Source: Macrostomum lignano
Lineage: Eukaryota
DNA: 64,000 nt
Reading direction: 5' to 3'
Assembly (NCBI GenBank): GCA_002269645.1
Contig: NIVC01001489.1
Location: 1 to 64,000, forward strand
The notes beneath the pieces were generated by a model. It was not told the origin of the DNA and searched no databases. It worked only from the letters and a program-made list of their open reading frames with translations. Shown here in pieces: positions 61,745 through 64,000 of the stretch; position 1 is the stretch's first letter; every line of letters starts with the position of its first letter. Both the position numbers and the translations under genes were made by a program.

Positions 61745-62790
61745 AAGCGGCATTTAATTTGATCCAACAAGCATCAATTTGGTCCATAGCAGCTCCATAT
61801 TTTCACCCCTAGACTTTAATGTAGATATATCTGACGCAAGCAGTGAGGACAGAAGCAATGATTCATTTGAAACTGCTGAGCAGGATCAGTAGTGGAATCG
61901 TAGACCATATACTCTAGACTGTCCAACGAACGCCATGAGCTTGTGATCAAAGCATCGGACGGAGTTGAACACCTAAAGGACATTGCAAGGTTGCTGAGTG
62001 TCAAAGAAAAGACGGTTTAAAGAATCTGTCAGCGTGTTGAAACCACTGGAAGAAGAGATCGTCTGCGGAGGGACAGAAATCGCCAAAACAAGTTACGGAA
62101 GCCTCAGGTCCAATTGCTACTCGATGCAATTGAGACAAACCCTTTGTTGACGTTGCAGAAAGTGCAGCCAAAGTTGAAAGAACAGTTCTATTTGTTTTTC
62201 AGCATTTCGACCATCAGCAGAGCTCTGGAAAAGCGACTGATAACACTGAAAATTCTTGGTAGAGACGCTGACCTTCCAGAAGTACGCTCGTACATGTACG
62301 CAACAGCCCGGACGAGTTTTCTGGACGAGACTGGATTTAACATTTTGACTCGAAGAACGCAAAGTCCTGGTCGTCGAGGTCAGCAAGTGAATGTACTGCA
62401 AGCGGTTTTACCGACCATTTGACTCGCCTGCCACAAAGTTGCGAACTAGACTAGGACCGGTGATTTGTTTTATCAGTGCATCAGTAAACTGCTGCAATCT
62501 CTACTCGAAGTTCATGGACTGGATGCCCAACAGATGCGCGTCATTTTGGATGATGCGCGGTTTCATGCACGGAGCCTGCATTTCGGAAGTACATCAGGAC
62601 AGGATCCAAGCTCATCACATTGCAACCATAATCCCCGTTTCTAAATCCTGTCAAGGCTGTCCATTCTTGCCTGAAGGCTGTAATCAAACAGGAGCTCAGT
62701 GACCCGGCCAACCAACTAGAGCTTGATCAGCCGCCTCCTAAACACCACCCTTGGCCAATGGAGAGTACATAATGCTTCACAGCTGCCATC
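61745..62790 (+). mobile_element. Decayed IS630/Tc1-like transposon, same family as 56867-58396
   Basis: It starts with gcggcatttaatttgatccaacaagcatcaatttggtccatagc (TIR remnant). Transposase remnants follow: LLDAIETNPLL, ISTISRALEKRL, FLDETGFN, ILDDARFH, P*SPFLNP, with stops and frameshifts. Confidence 0.85.
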
Positions 62791-63213
62791 ACACCTTTAA
62801 AGAGTTCAGGTTGGTACAGGCTGATGCTGCGCTTCGTGCCCACTTGCATGGCAAGGAAAAAAGTTAATTGAGTTGAGCTAGCAGCTGAGCAAGCAGCTGA
62901 GTTGAGCTATGAATACAACTATGTTTGGTTGCCATCTGCTATCTGGAAGCAGTGTCCCTAGCTAAGTACTGATCACCAAACGCTACTACTCACAAAGGCT
63001 CGCCTTGTAAAGTCACTTTATTTATTACCTTCACTGTGCAGTTTGCAATCAGCTGAATGCGATAAATAATTAATGAAAGAAAAGGAAATTACATGTAATT
63101 TTGAAATGAGGATAAAACGCTTAAAAGCTGCCGTTCTGATTAGTCTTCAGCTAACTTTCTAACCAATATTCCTGGCTGTTCAATATTCAAGAAAACTTGC
63201 AGCATTCAGCAGA

Positions 63214-64000
63214 ATGGACCCGTTCAAAATTCTACACTTGGTCCCCAACCTGAAGGGCCACATTGGCAAATTGGTGCAAGAGGATCAAGGCATGAAGCGA
63301 ATCATCAGGCCAGTGTACTGCAGGAACACTGATCCGCCTAAGTTTATCGCTTTGCCGTTCACCGTGTGCTTCAACTTTCCAGGTGACTTGTTGGTTGCTC
63401 GGGTGGGGGGGGGGGGCTGCGGGGTCGACCGTGGCCCCAAAAGACCTGCGAACTAACTACATGTACCCACGTCATTGGTGTAGTCAATTATGATTACTTC
63501 ATCTATAGCACAGGATTAATTGCCTATATTAAAGTTCATGTAGTTTGAATTTAATTTAACATTGCTCAAAATTGAGAGTAAAATATACAAGTGCACGATT
63601 TGACTTAATTCATAATTTTTGCTTGTCTTCATCTTGCTTGGATCGCTGATATAGTTATCCTATATGCTTCTACCCTGCAGGCACCCAGGTTACCCATTCG
63701 GAGGTGAAAATGGCCATCGACAGCAAACTGGAGATTTTAGCCGGCCAGTACGTCATCCAGTGCATCCAGTTTCTGCCTCTGGCCAGCACCATCAACGTCA
63801 AAGGCATGGAGAACCGTTGGGTGATCACGTTTAATAAGAACGAGCCGAAACTTGAGCTGATCCGGTTCGGCATTAAGGTGCACGGCATCTACGCGACTGT
63901 GCGGGATTACAGCGACGTGCAGCGAGTTGAAATAGCGCTCTGGCAGCTGGCCAATCCGGAGAAGCCGGAAGATCTGCTTGGCACCAGCAGCATGGAGAGC
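63214..64000 (+). CDS. Uncharacterised protein, runs off the window end (possible RRM-like alpha/beta domain)
   Basis: Exon 63214-63382 (donor ccag|gtgact) joins in phase to acceptor ctgcag| at 63680/1. The frame stays open to 64000: FTVCFNFPGTQVTHSEVKMAIDSKL...NRWVITFNKNEPKLELIRFGIKVHGIYATVRDY. Confidence 0.7.

Overview
Eukaryotic (metazoan) genomic DNA. GC/CpG-rich exons and introns packed with tandem repeats resemble a free-living flatworm such as Macrostomum; this species guess is inference only. Seven protein genes are supported: an 11-exon NWD1/NWD2-like DUF4062-NACHT-WD40 gene (6738-26408, +), an Asteroid/ASTE1 XPG-family nuclease (34647-38247, +), an evectin/PLEKHB PH-domain gene (40967-43892, +), a multi-cysteine-cluster Toll-like receptor with a possible second TIR domain (44777-49814, +), an intronless GLUT-type sugar transporter (53746-55326, -), a divergent dynein light chain (60191-60534, +), and an uncharacterised gene running off the window end (63214->64000, +). 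Much of the rest is tandem repeat (two arrays of about 8 kb) and transposons: a young and an old RTE-like LINE, several MITE/foldback families, a tRNA-derived CORE-like SINE and IS630/Tc1-like elements. The most interesting signals are: (i) several cases where a satellite appears to have grown out of a short sub-repeat of a DNA transposon, including an 8.3-kb array inside a TSD-flanked foldback element and 20-bp arrays inside both TIRs of a Tc1-like element; (ii) a Toll-type receptor with a candidate twin-TIR tail; (iii) an old LINE with a TpA-rich, RIP-like C>T signature. The very long ORFs inside the arrays are artefacts. All calls are made by eye and no database search was run.
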